Of a stretch of DNA of 64,000 bases, positions 53,956 through 64,000 are shown piece after piece. Position numbers and translations under genes: made by a program. The notes under the pieces were generated by a model. That model had not been told where the DNA came from. It searched no databases and was given only the letters and a program-made list of their open reading frames with translations. Source of the DNA: Candidatus Binatia bacterium (lineage in GTDB: Bacteria; Desulfobacterota; Binatia; HRBIN30); NCBI GenBank assembly GCA_038245295.1, contig JBBRSP010000022.1, positions 1 through 64,000 of the forward strand. Direction: 5' to 3'. Within the stretch, counting starts at the first letter, position 1. Each line of letters begins with the position of its first letter.

Positions 53956-54026
53956 TGTCGGCAGCGCTGACAGCCCCAAACGACCGCAAGGACGCCAGCG
54001 ACTAATGGCCGAATGATGGAGCCCGA

Positions 54027-54584
54027 ATGTCTCATCCGCGTATTCTCGATCGGCAGCGATCTGCTCTGGTCGTCATCGATGTTCAGGAGTCTTATCGTTA
54101 CCGTACTGTTGACTACGCCCGCATGTTGCGTGGCGTATGCACGCTGATCGAAGCCGCAAAGTTGGTTCAGGTGCCGATTCTGGCAACCGAGCAGTATCCG
54201 AAGGGACTCGGCCACTTCGTCCCGGAGGTCTCTGCGGCGTTCCCGCCGGGACAGCGGATCATCGAGAAGCGCTCGCTGAGCTGCTGTGGCCAGACGGAGT
54301 TTGCCGCTGCCCTCGACGAGTTGCAGAAGCAACAGATCGTCGTCTGCGGGCTCGAGGCCCATGCCTGCGTGAACCAAACCGTGCACGACCTGTTGGCGCA
54401 AGGCTATCAGGTGCATCTACCGCAAGATGCCATCGCCTCGCGGTTCGAGACCGACTATCGCCTCGGCTGGGAAAAGATGGTCGGCTCCGGGGGTGTTCCG
54501 ACGAGTGTGGAGATGATCTGCCTCGAGTGGGTGCGCAGCGCCGATGCGCCGGAGTTCAAGGCGATGCAGAAGCTAATCAAGTAA
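54027..54584 (+). CDS. Isochorismatase family hydrolase
   Basis: VIDVQE, TEQYPKGLG, GLEAHACV. Confidence 0.92.
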   Translation: MSHPRILDRQRSALVVIDVQESYRYRTVDYARMLRGVCTLIEAAKLVQVPILATEQYPKGLGHFVPEVSAAFPPGQRIIEKRSLSCCGQTEFAAALDELQKQQIVVCGLEAHACVNQTVHDLLAQGYQVHLPQDAIASRFETDYRLGWEKMVGSGGVPTSVEMICLEWVRSADAPEFKAMQKLIK

Positions 54585-54604
54585 GCCTGCAGCGCGGCAG
54601 CAGG

Positions 54605-54631
54605 TTTTGAGACAGCCTCTTCAGCCTGCGG
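54605..54631. mobile_element. IS/MITE end scar joined to the loop and right arm of a GTAG-REP
   Basis: TTTTGAGACAGCCTC then TTCA-GCCTGCGG. Confidence 0.55.
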
Positions 54632-54698
54632 TTCGAGTGGCGACCTGTTGCTCCGAACGGAGTCGCATCCGAATTTCGAATGCGCTATCGAATTGTCC

Positions 54699-56106
<1,408 letters not shown>

Positions 56107-56114
<8 letters not shown>

Positions 56115-56727
56115 GCTGATTCGGGTCACCAAGGTAAGCGGCCGGCCGATTCCGCTGCGCGGCAATGATATCGACACCGACCGCATCATCCCGGCGCGGT
56201 TCATGAAGGCCATCACCTTTGATGGCCTCGGGCAGTATTCGTTCTACGACGAACGGTTCGATGCCAAGGGCCAGCAAAAGGGGCACATCCTCGACGACCC
56301 GCGCTTTCAAGCCAAGGGGACGCGCGTCGCCATCGTCAACAAAAACTTCGGTTGTGGTTCATCGCGCGAGCATGCGCCGCAAGCGCTCATGCGCTGGGGC
56401 ATCAAAGCCATCATCGGTGAATCCTTCGCCGACATCTTCTTCGGCAATTGCGTTGCGCTGGGTGTGCCGTGCATGACGGCGAGCGAGGCCGACGTGAACG
56501 TGTTGATGGCGGCGGTCGAGGCCGATCCGACGGGCGAGCTTGTCGTCGACGTCCAGGGGAAGACTGCGACGTATGGGACACTCAAGGTAACTGCGTCACT
56601 TCCGCCGGGTGCCTACTCTCAGCTTACCGAGGGAACCTGGGATGCGACGCGGATTCTAGTGCAAGGTATCGAGCAGGTGCGGACGACCGCCAAGGCGTTG
56701 CCGTACGTGCGCAACTTTGCGGGTTGA
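56107..56727 (+). CDS. leuD: 3-isopropylmalate dehydratase small subunit
   Basis: [29 protein letters not shown]. Confidence 0.97.
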
Positions 56728-56749
56728 GCGAACAAGGGAGAACGCGGCG

Positions 56750-57499
56750 ATGGCGGATCAGGCGGAGGCGGGGCGTCTCAAGTTTCTCTACGAGCTGAGC
56801 CGGGGCTTGACCAGCTTCACTGATCTCGATGGCCTGTTGAGCTTCGTCGTCAACCATCTACGCAGCGTCTTCGAAGCCGAAGGTGTTGCGCTATTGTTGC
56901 ACGACAAGGCGAAGAAGGAATTTTACTTTCCGTTCGCCAGTGAAGCGACCTTGGGGTCGACCGAGCGACTCACGCAGGTGCGGTTCCCCGCGGATCGTGG
57001 TGTCGCCGGTTGGGTGTTCGCGAACGACAAGTCGGTTGCCGTCGCCGACGTCGCCAACGACCCGCGTTTCTACAGCGGCGTCGATCAGCGCACGCAGATG
57101 ACGACGCGGTCACTTGCCGCGGCTCCTCTGCGCACGCGTGCCGGCAATATCGGTGTGCTGGAGATCGTCAACCTACCCGAGAAGTATCTCGGCGAGGCGG
57201 ATCTCGAGTTCCTCGAAGCGATCGCCGGCGATGTGGCGGCGGCGATCGAGAAAGCCGACCTCTACGAAAAACTGCGCGGCGAGGTGCATGGCTTGCGTCA
57301 GGCCTTGCGCAGCACTGGATTGGTCCTTTCCGCGGCGGGGGCGCTGTTCCTCGTCGGCGCCGTCGTACGTCAACTCGCCTGGGCCATGCCGCTTGGAGAG
57401 ATGTTCGGTCGGCCGGTGTTCTGGCTCGGTGCCGCCGGTTTGGCGATTGGATCGTTCCTGGCGCGCACCTCGGGGCGCGCCGTTGGGCGGAATGGTTGA
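56750..57499 (+). CDS. GAF-domain protein with two C-terminal TM helices
   Basis: GVAGWV..V.DVANDPRFYSGVD..TRSLAAAPL..IGVLEIVN; hydrophobic C-terminus. Confidence 0.85.
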   Translation: MADQAEAGRLKFLYELSRGLTSFTDLDGLLSFVVNHLRSVFEAEGVALLLHDKAKKEFYFPFASEATLGSTERLTQVRFPADRGVAGWVFANDKSVAVADVANDPRFYSGVDQRTQMTTRSLAAAPLRTRAGNIGVLEIVNLPEKYLGEADLEFLEAIAGDVAAAIEKADLYEKLRGEVHGLRQALRSTGLVLSAAGALFLVGAVVRQLAWAMPLGEMFGRPVFWLGAAGLAIGSFLARTSGRAVGRNG

Positions 57500-58385
57500 A
57501 TCCGTCATGCTGAGTTTCGAGCAGTGGCGGATCGAAGGCGAGCGCATCATCGTGCCGCTCGGAGAGCAGGCCTTCCACGTCTGGACCCGACGATCGGGGC
57601 ATGGCGTTCCTCTCACCCTCTTGCACGGCTTTCCGACCAGCTCGCACGATTGGTGTGAGGTGGCGGAAGGATTGCCCGAGGTCGACCTCGTCACCTTCGA
57701 TTTCCTTGGCTTTGGCGATTCGGACAAACCGCGCGATCACGTCTATTCGATCCACGAACAGGCCGACGTCGTCGAAGCGGTCTGGAAGCACCACGGTGTA
57801 ACGAGAACGTTTTTTGCGGCGCACGACTATGCTGTATCGGTGGCGCAAGAGCTGCTGGCTCGCCGTGCCGAGGGGCGCCTGACCGTCGAGCTGCTCGGCG
57901 CGGTATTTCTGAACGGCGGCATCTATCCCGATTTGCATCGCGCCTTGCCGGCGCAGGCGGCGCTACTCGATCCCGAACGCGGACCGCTGATCGGGCAGGT
58001 GGTAACCGAAGAGACGTTCATCGCGTCTTTGCTGGTGACCTTCGCGCCGGAGCGCCCGCCTTCCGCCGAGACGCTGCACGAGATGTGGTGCGGCGTTGCC
58101 AACCGTGATGGTCAGCATATCGGCTACCGATTGATCCAATACATCAACGATCGGAAACGCCACGCCGCGCGATGGGCGGCGGCGCTCGAGGAGACGGACG
58201 TGGAATGTCGCTTCATCTGGGGAATGCTCGATCCCGTCTCCGGTGGCCACGTTGTGCCACGCATTCGCGAGCGGTTGAGCAATTGTCCACTCGAGTGTCT
58301 CGACGACGTTGGCCATTGGCCGGCGATCGAAGCGCCGTCGCGGGTTGTCGAAAACATTCGCGCCGCGATCAGCAAACCTGGCTAG
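57492..58385 (+). CDS. Alpha/beta hydrolase (MEST/epoxide-hydrolase-like)
   Basis: LHGFPTSSHDW, GFGDSDKP, AHDY, WGMLDPVSG, GHWP. Confidence 0.9.
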   Translation: MVESVMLSFEQWRIEGERIIVPLGEQAFHVWTRRSGHGVPLTLLHGFPTSSHDWCEVAEGLPEVDLVTFDFLGFGDSDKPRDHVYSIHEQADVVEAVWKHHGVTRTFFAAHDYAVSVAQELLARRAEGRLTVELLGAVFLNGGIYPDLHRALPAQAALLDPERGPLIGQVVTEETFIASLLVTFAPERPPSAETLHEMWCGVANRDGQHIGYRLIQYINDRKRHAARWAAALEETDVECRFIWGMLDPVSGGHVVPRIRERLSNCPLECLDDVGHWPAIEAPSRVVENIRAAISKPG

Positions 58386-58477
58386 CCGGGCATTCTTCTG
58401 GTCGAGGCGGGAAGACCCGGGGAGCGTTGGGCGCGGCCCCGAGAACGCGAAGTCGCAGCACTTCGGTGTCTATGCAG

Positions 58478-59209
58478 TCAGCTCAGGGTCAGGTTCAAAA
58501 AGAACTCGTGGTTTCCCTTGGGGCCGACAAGCGGCGACTCGGTGCTGCCGATTACGTGCATGCCGAGCTCCAGGGCGCCCTGGGCCACCGCGTCGACGGC
58601 CGCCTGCTGTAAGGCGGCATCGCGCACGACACCGCCGGAGCCAACCTGTCCTTTGCCGACCTCGAACTGCGGCTTTACCATCGGCAGCAACCGCGCCGGC
58701 CGCCGCAACAGTGGCACAAGCACGGGCAGTACGAGGCGTAGCGAGATGAACGACACATCGACGACGGCGAGCTCGGCGAGCTCGGGTAGTGTGCTGGCAT
58801 CGAAATGTCGAATGTTGGTCCGTTCAAAAAGGGTTACACGCGGATCGTTGCGCAGTGACCAGGCAAACTGCCCATAACCGACATCGATCGCAATCACGTG
58901 CCGCGCGCCGCGCTGCAGCAGGCAATCGGTAAATCCACCTGTCGAGGCTCCGATGTCGAGGGCTACCAGACCGGCGACGTCGATGTGCCAGTGATCCAGA
59001 GCTCCGGCGAGTTTAAGCCCGCCGCGCGAGACGTATGGAATGTCGTCCCCGCGGACTTCTATCGCGACGTCGTCGGCAAGCTGCGTACTGGGTTTGTCGC
59101 TGCGTTGCCCGTTGACCCATACTTGACCGGCCAGGATCAGGCGTTGCGCCCGATCGCGGCTGCCAACCAGGCCGCGATCGACCAGCAGCTTATCGAGCCG
59201 GGCGCGCAT
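58478..59209 (-). CDS. tlyA: TlyA family rRNA methyltransferase
   Basis: S4 domain, YVSRGGLKL, DIGASTGGFTD, DVSFISL, KPQFE. Confidence 0.96.
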   Translation of the reverse strand: MRARLDKLLVDRGLVGSRDRAQRLILAGQVWVNGQRSDKPSTQLADDVAIEVRGDDIPYVSRGGLKLAGALDHWHIDVAGLVALDIGASTGGFTDCLLQRGARHVIAIDVGYGQFAWSLRNDPRVTLFERTNIRHFDASTLPELAELAVVDVSFISLRLVLPVLVPLLRRPARLLPMVKPQFEVGKGQVGSGGVVRDAALQQAAVDAVAQGALELGMHVIGSTESPLVGPKGNHEFFLNLTLS

Positions 59210-59214
59210 GCGTT

Positions 59215-60114
59215 CTACAGTCGGGTGCTGACACCCGTGGCGATCGTGCGAAGCGGGCCGGCTTTGGAGCCGAGCGGCTTGAGAGCCGCCACCGCCTCGC
59301 TGATCAGCTCGAGCGCCCGGGCGCGGGCCGCACCGGCGCCAAGGATTGCGGGGTATGTCGCCTTGTGCCGTTGCTGGTCGCGGCCGCGCGTCTTGCCGGT
59401 TACCTTCGACGAGGCAGCCACATCGAGCACGTCGTCCGCCACCTGAAATCCGAGTCCAAGGCAGTCGGCGTAGCGCGTCAGGGCCCGTAGTTGGGGATCG
59501 CTGGCGCCGCCGACGATCGCCCCGCTGCGTACGGCCGCACGGATCAACTCACCCGTCTTGCGAATGTGAATAAACTCAACCGTCGGCAGGTCGACTTCAT
59601 GGTGCTCTGCCTCCATGTCGGCTGCCTGACCAGCCACCATTCCACGCGCACCGGCGGCTGCGGCGATCTCGCCGAGCGCGCGCATGGCGCGCTGGCCCGA
59701 TAGACCGTTAGCGCGCGAGCAGCGAGCGATGACGTGGAAGGCTTCGGTGAGGAGAGCATCGCCGGCCAGAATCGCGAGGGCTTCGCCGTAGACGACGTGA
59801 TTGGTGGGTTTGCCGCGCCGAAGCATGTCGTCGTCCATGGCCGGCAGATCGTCATGAATCAGGGAGTAGGTATGGATCATTTCGACGGCGGCGGCGAAGG
59901 GCAGGGCATGCTCGCGCAATCCGCCGACGGCGTCGCAGGCTGCCAGCGTCAACAGGGGGCGGAGTCGTTTACCGCCATTGAGCAGGGAATACCGCATCGC
60001 CTCGTCGAGGCGGTATTCGCTCCGCGTGCCCAATGCTTCGTGCGCGAGGAAGTGCTCAACTTCCTGGCGCCGTCGATCCAGGTACGCGGATGACGCTGGC
60101 TTGACCGGCTTCAT
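59215..60114 (-). CDS. ispA: Polyprenyl (farnesyl/geranylgeranyl) diphosphate synthase
   Basis: GGKRLRP, HDDLPAMDDD..RRG, KT, FQVADD. Confidence 0.94.
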   Translation of the reverse strand: MKPVKPASSAYLDRRRQEVEHFLAHEALGTRSEYRLDEAMRYSLLNGGKRLRPLLTLAACDAVGGLREHALPFAAAVEMIHTYSLIHDDLPAMDDDMLRRGKPTNHVVYGEALAILAGDALLTEAFHVIARCSRANGLSGQRAMRALGEIAAAAGARGMVAGQAADMEAEHHEVDLPTVEFIHIRKTGELIRAAVRSGAIVGGASDPQLRALTRYADCLGLGFQVADDVLDVAASSKVTGKTRGRDQQRHKATYPAILGAGAARARALELISEAVAALKPLGSKAGPLRTIATGVSTRL

Positions 60115-60377
60115 CCGCGTGTCTCGAATTCGCGATCGGCAACCACCGTTTCGAGTTGTCCCGCCGCCGTACGGGTGAGGAGTTCGACGCGCTGCTCGGC
60201 CTCGGCGAGACGCTCATTGAGCTGGCGTACAAGACCGACACCCTGTTCGAACGACGCGAGCGATTCCTCCAATGACAACTCGCCGGCCTCGAGGCGACGA
60301 ACAAGGTGATCCAGAGTCTGTAACGCCTCTTCGAAGCTCTTGAGCGATGGGTTCGGGTCGGTCGTAGTGGTGGTCAT
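60111..60377 (-). CDS. xseB: Exodeoxyribonuclease VII small subunit
   Basis: SFEEAL..LE.GELSLEESL..FEQG. Confidence 0.95.
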   Translation of the reverse strand: MTTTTTDPNPSLKSFEEALQTLDHLVRRLEAGELSLEESLASFEQGVGLVRQLNERLAEAEQRVELLTRTAAGQLETVVADREFETRG

Positions 60378-61606
60378 TGCGGTCTCCCTGGGCTGTGGAC
60401 CTTCTGTACGGTGACATCGGCGCGATCCTCGGCGAAGTGAATCTCCAAGGAGTCCCCTGGGCGCAGTGCCTGTGCCGAGCGGACGAGGGAATTGTCTGCC
60501 GTGCGGCGTACGATACTGTAGCCGCGCGCCACGACGGCCAACGGGCTGAGAGCGTCGAGTTGTGCGCTGTGTGCTGCGAGCCGAAGGCGATTGGCTTGCA
60601 AGAGTTGTCGCATCCCGCGTGTGAAACGATCGGCCAGTTCATCAACACGCTGTTGCATGCCTCGCAAGCTCTGCCGTGGATCACGCAGGCGCGCCCGCAA
60701 CATCGTGACTTCGAGCTGCTTGCGCTGCAACGTGCGGCGCAGAGCCGCGCCCAACATTTCGTTGGCCCGGTCGACCGTCTCGCGCAATTCGCTCTGCGTC
60801 GGTACGACGAGCGTCGCCGCTGCCGTCGGCGTGGCGGCGCGTTGGTCGGCGACGAGGTCGGCCAGTGTGAAATCAGTCTCGTGGCCAACCGCCGACACGA
60901 TGGGAACTGTCGTCGCGGCGATTGCTCGCGTCAGTGTTTCATCATTGAAAGCCGCCAGATCTTCGGCCGAGCCACCGCCGCGTCCCAGAATGACCACATC
61001 GACCCCGCCAAGCTCGGCGAAGTCGGCGAGCGCTTGGACGATCTCGGCGGCGGCACTGCGGCCTTGCACAGCGACGGGTCGAACGATGACAAGGACGCTC
61101 GGACACCTCTGTCGCAAGGTCACCAGCATGTCATGGATGGCTGCACCTCCACCGGCGGTGATGATGCCAACGCGCCGCGGGAAAAAGGGCAGCGGGCGCT
61201 TGCGTTCGGGGTCGAAGAGGCCTTCAGCTTGCAGCTTCGCCTTGAGTTGCTCGAGTGCCAACTGTTGCATCCCGAGGCCATGCGGCTCCATGGCCTCGAC
61301 GTAGAACTGGAGCGCGCCGCGCGTCTCGTAGATCGACACCCGGCCCCGGGTGAGCACCTGCATTCCATCTTCCGGACGAAAGCGCAGCAACTGATTTCGG
61401 CCACGGAACATGACACAGGAGATCTGGCTTCGCGGATCCTTGAGGGCAAAATACCAATGCCCTGAGCTGTGCATTTTCAGGTTGGAAATCTCGCCGGCTA
61501 CCCACGCTTCGGCGATGGTCGATTCGAGAACCGCGTTGACCACTCCCGCCAGCTCGGAAACTGACAAGACAAGGATGCCAGGACGGGGCTGTAGGCCCTT
61601 TGCCAT
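60374..61606 (-). CDS. xseA: Exodeoxyribonuclease VII large subunit
   Basis: GEISN..SGHWYF.LKD, RGGGSAEDL..FN, SAVGHETD, TPTAAA. Confidence 0.96.
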   Translation of the reverse strand: MAKGLQPRPGILVLSVSELAGVVNAVLESTIAEAWVAGEISNLKMHSSGHWYFALKDPRSQISCVMFRGRNQLLRFRPEDGMQVLTRGRVSIYETRGALQFYVEAMEPHGLGMQQLALEQLKAKLQAEGLFDPERKRPLPFFPRRVGIITAGGGAAIHDMLVTLRQRCPSVLVIVRPVAVQGRSAAAEIVQALADFAELGGVDVVILGRGGGSAEDLAAFNDETLTRAIAATTVPIVSAVGHETDFTLADLVADQRAATPTAAATLVVPTQSELRETVDRANEMLGAALRRTLQRKQLEVTMLRARLRDPRQSLRGMQQRVDELADRFTRGMRQLLQANRLRLAAHSAQLDALSPLAVVARGYSIVRRTADNSLVRSAQALRPGDSLEIHFAEDRADVTVQKVHSPGRPQ

Positions 61607-61629
61607 TACTCAGCTCCCTAACAAACGGC

Positions 61630-62775
61630 CTAGTGGCTCTCCACACGCGGCGTTGCCGGGAGCAACTGTGAGAGAGGAACGATGTCGATGTGCTGCTCGG
61701 CAAATTCGGGTAGGACGGTCCTGAGTGCCTCGAGCGTGGTCGAGGTCGCGCGGCCGACCGCCACCTGATCGCCGCGCACCTGGGCCTGGTCGATCAGCTT
61801 CTTTACGGCCGCCTCGACGGCGGACGGCTCGTCGACCGTATCGATTGTTGTGGTGTGTTCGAGGCATTGCGCACCGGCCTCACGAGCTTGCGGACAAAGC
61901 GGCTTCTCCGTGCTCCCCATGTCGAGGAAGAACAGACGTTGTTCAGCGAGATGCTCAAAGGTCCACTGAAGGTGCTGCTTATCGGAGGCGAATCGTGATT
62001 GCGACGGGGCACACGCACCGACGGCATGTGGCAGGGCATTCAGGCTGCGATCGATGTTGGCGACGATGTCGTCACGTTGCAGGGCGAGCCGCAGACCGCC
62101 TTCGCCGGGATCCTCACCCGAGGGTCCTTCCATGGGCAAATGGATCAGCACCTCGCGCTGATTCAGGGAGAAGCGCTCGGCGATGCCAGGGGAGAAAGTT
62201 CTAAACGGTGAGACACCGAAGGTGAGCTGCGCTTCGAGCCCGGCAAAATCGCGCGCCAGCAGCAGGTCATCGCCGAATTCATCGATGACGATGGCGATGC
62301 GCGGGTTGCGATTGAGCCAATCGAACGCCAGCGAGTGGGTGCGAAGCCCCTCGACACCGATCATCACCTCGGTTCCCAAAGGTCTTTCGACGACGTGAAC
62401 CACGACACCCGGCACCAGGTTGCGAATCGGGTCGAACAGGGCATCGAAGTTCTCCGGGTTTGCCGGCCGCGGCAGAATGATGCGGTAGCGTCGCATCGTC
62501 CAGCGCAGATTGCCTCCGCCTTGCGGCTCGAGTTGTGGAGCCGGAAGGTTGACCGGGAGGTGCAGGGTTTGCAGAGTCGCGGTGATGCGATCGATGCGCT
62601 GCGGAAACTCGTTGAACCAGTCCGCCGAGATCAACGGCGGCGTTACCAGGGGGTGCCGTGTTCCCTTGATCTCCTCGGCCGAGATGACGATCAGCAACGC
62701 CAGACCGACGACACTCGCGAAGGCAAACGGTGTGGTCCAGGAGAACAGTCGTGGTCGCACGTCAGACCTCGGCAT
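61630..62775 (-). CDS. Divergent polysaccharide deacetylase (YibQ-like) with N-terminal extension
   Basis: IAIVIDEFG, EVLIHLPME, LFFLD; located downstream of ctpA. Confidence 0.8.
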   Translation of the reverse strand: MPRSDVRPRLFSWTTPFAFASVVGLALLIVISAEEIKGTRHPLVTPPLISADWFNEFPQRIDRITATLQTLHLPVNLPAPQLEPQGGGNLRWTMRRYRIILPRPANPENFDALFDPIRNLVPGVVVHVVERPLGTEVMIGVEGLRTHSLAFDWLNRNPRIAIVIDEFGDDLLLARDFAGLEAQLTFGVSPFRTFSPGIAERFSLNQREVLIHLPMEGPSGEDPGEGGLRLALQRDDIVANIDRSLNALPHAVGACAPSQSRFASDKQHLQWTFEHLAEQRLFFLDMGSTEKPLCPQAREAGAQCLEHTTTIDTVDEPSAVEAAVKKLIDQAQVRGDQVAVGRATSTTLEALRTVLPEFAEQHIDIVPLSQLLPATPRVESH

Positions 62776-62829
62776 CGGAGCACTTCAGGCCCGCTCAGTG
62801 CTGCGGAGCGTAGCGTGCGCAGCCTGTCG

Positions 62830-64000
62830 TTACGGCGTGGTATCCGCGTTCGCGACAACCGTCTTGAAGACGTTCCAGCTTTTCAGCAGCTCGAGGGCGC
62901 GATCCAACTGCGGATCCTTGCCGAGGTCACCTTCGTGAATCTCCGGCTCAGTGTCGGCCGAAGTGCCGACGTCCTGTGGCTCGCCCTCGTCTTCCGCAGG
63001 GGCCGGTGCCTTCAGCTTGGTGTCGGCCGGGTGGTCCTTGCTCGTCGGTTGCTTGAAATGGCCAGGGAGATTCTCTTCCCGCACCCGCGGATACATGCTC
63101 GAGCCTTCGGCCCGCAGGTTGGCCGGAACATTGTCGAGAATGATGTCGGGCGTAATGCCGGTGGCCTGAATCGAACGTCCGTTGGGCGTGTAGTAGCGTG
63201 CCGTCGTCAGACGGATGGCGGCGCTTTCGTCGAGTGGAAGAATCGTCTGCACCGAACCCTTGCCGAAGGTTTGGGTCCCGAGAACGATGGCGCGTCGTTG
63301 ATCCTGCAGAGCTCCGGCGACGATCTCGGAGGCGCTGGCGCTGCCGCCGTTGACCAGGACGATCATTGGAAAGCCGGAGTGCGAGCCGCTCTTGTGAGCG
63401 AAGTACTTTTGTTTCTGGTTCTCGAGCCGGCCATCGGTGTAGACCACGAGCCCTGATTCGACGAACTCATCGGAAATCTTGATGGCCTGCTGTAGGAGAC
63501 CGCCCGGGTTATTGCGCAAATCCAGCACCAGGCCGGTGACCGGACCGCCGTTCTCCTTCTCGATCTTGGAGTACATGGTTTGGAAGTCGTCGTCGGTACG
63601 CTCTTGGAACTGGGTGATGCGAAGATAGCCGTAACCCTTGTCGAGCATCCGTCCCTTGACGCTCTGGATACGGATGACCTCGCGGGCCAGTCGCACGTCG
63701 AGCAGACGCATCAGGCCTTCGCGACGCAACGTCAAGCGCACCTCGGTGCCGGGTGCACCGCGCATCTTCTTGACCGCTTCGACCATCGGCATGTCCTTGG
63801 TGTACTCGTCACCGATGCGGATGATCTGGTCACCCGGCTTCAGTCCCGCCTTGTAGGCCGGCGTGTCTTCGATTGGTGAGACGACAGTAAGGACGTTGTT
63901 GCGAACCGTGATCTCGATGCCGAGGCCACCGAAGCTGCCGCGTGTATCCACCTGGAGTTCTTTGTAGCTTTCCGGCGGCAAGTAAGCGCTGTGCGGGTCG
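62830..64000 (-). CDS. ctpA: Carboxyl-terminal processing protease S41 (5' end outside window)
   Basis: PDZ GGLGI, DLRNNPGG, SASASEI, TFGKGSVQ, GITPD. Confidence 0.93.
   Translation of the reverse strand, partial: DPHSAYLPPESYKELQVDTRGSFGGLGIEITVRNNVLTVVSPIEDTPAYKAGLKPGDQIIRIGDEYTKDMPMVEAVKKMRGAPGTEVRLTLRREGLMRLLDVRLAREVIRIQSVKGRMLDKGYGYLRITQFQERTDDDFQTMYSKIEKENGGPVTGLVLDLRNNPGGLLQQAIKISDEFVESGLVVYTDGRLENQKQKYFAHKSGSHSGFPMIVLVNGGSASASEIVAGALQDQRRAIVLGTQTFGKGSVQTILPLDESAAIRLTTARYYTPNGRSIQATGITPDIILDNVPANLRAEGSSMYPRVREENLPGHFKQPTSKDHPADTKLKAPAPAEDEGEPQDVGTSADTEPEIHEGDLGKDPQLDRALELLKSWNVFKTVVANADTTP

Noticed and set aside
54585..54698. Leucine attenuator upstream of leuC
   Set aside because: No Leu-rich leader peptide or terminator/antiterminator visible.

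Overview
GC-rich bacterial chromosomal segment with about 50 protein-coding genes and no rRNA, tRNA, CRISPR array or transposase. The secreted-protein style (dockerin-like 'CxGDCdG..V..nE..vn.alG' module, DUF4215-type Cys repeats, MYXO-CTERM-like tail) suggests Candidatus Binatia/Binatota or a related deltaproteobacterium; this is inference. The right end is housekeeping (ctpA-yibQ-like-xseAB-ispA-tlyA, leuCD, fabI, lgt, yqgE). The middle holds large secreted hydrolases and surface proteins (S8 and M4 peptidases, S45 acylase, lipase-like lipoprotein next to a beta-barrel, Thr/Pro-stalk dockerin protein) and an Mcd-like acyl-CoA dehydrogenase divergent from a SucCD-like ligase. The most striking signal is non-coding. 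A stand-alone GIY-YIG nuclease gene is embedded in arrays of CGTC-type palindromic (REP-like) repeats. Small TIR elements (GAGACTGTCG...CGACAGTCTC) sit exactly in the 4-nt loop of those hairpins while carrying the same hairpins, which produces Russian-doll nests. There is also an IS903-like MITE carrying a hairpin from a second, GTAG-type REP family of about 20 copies.
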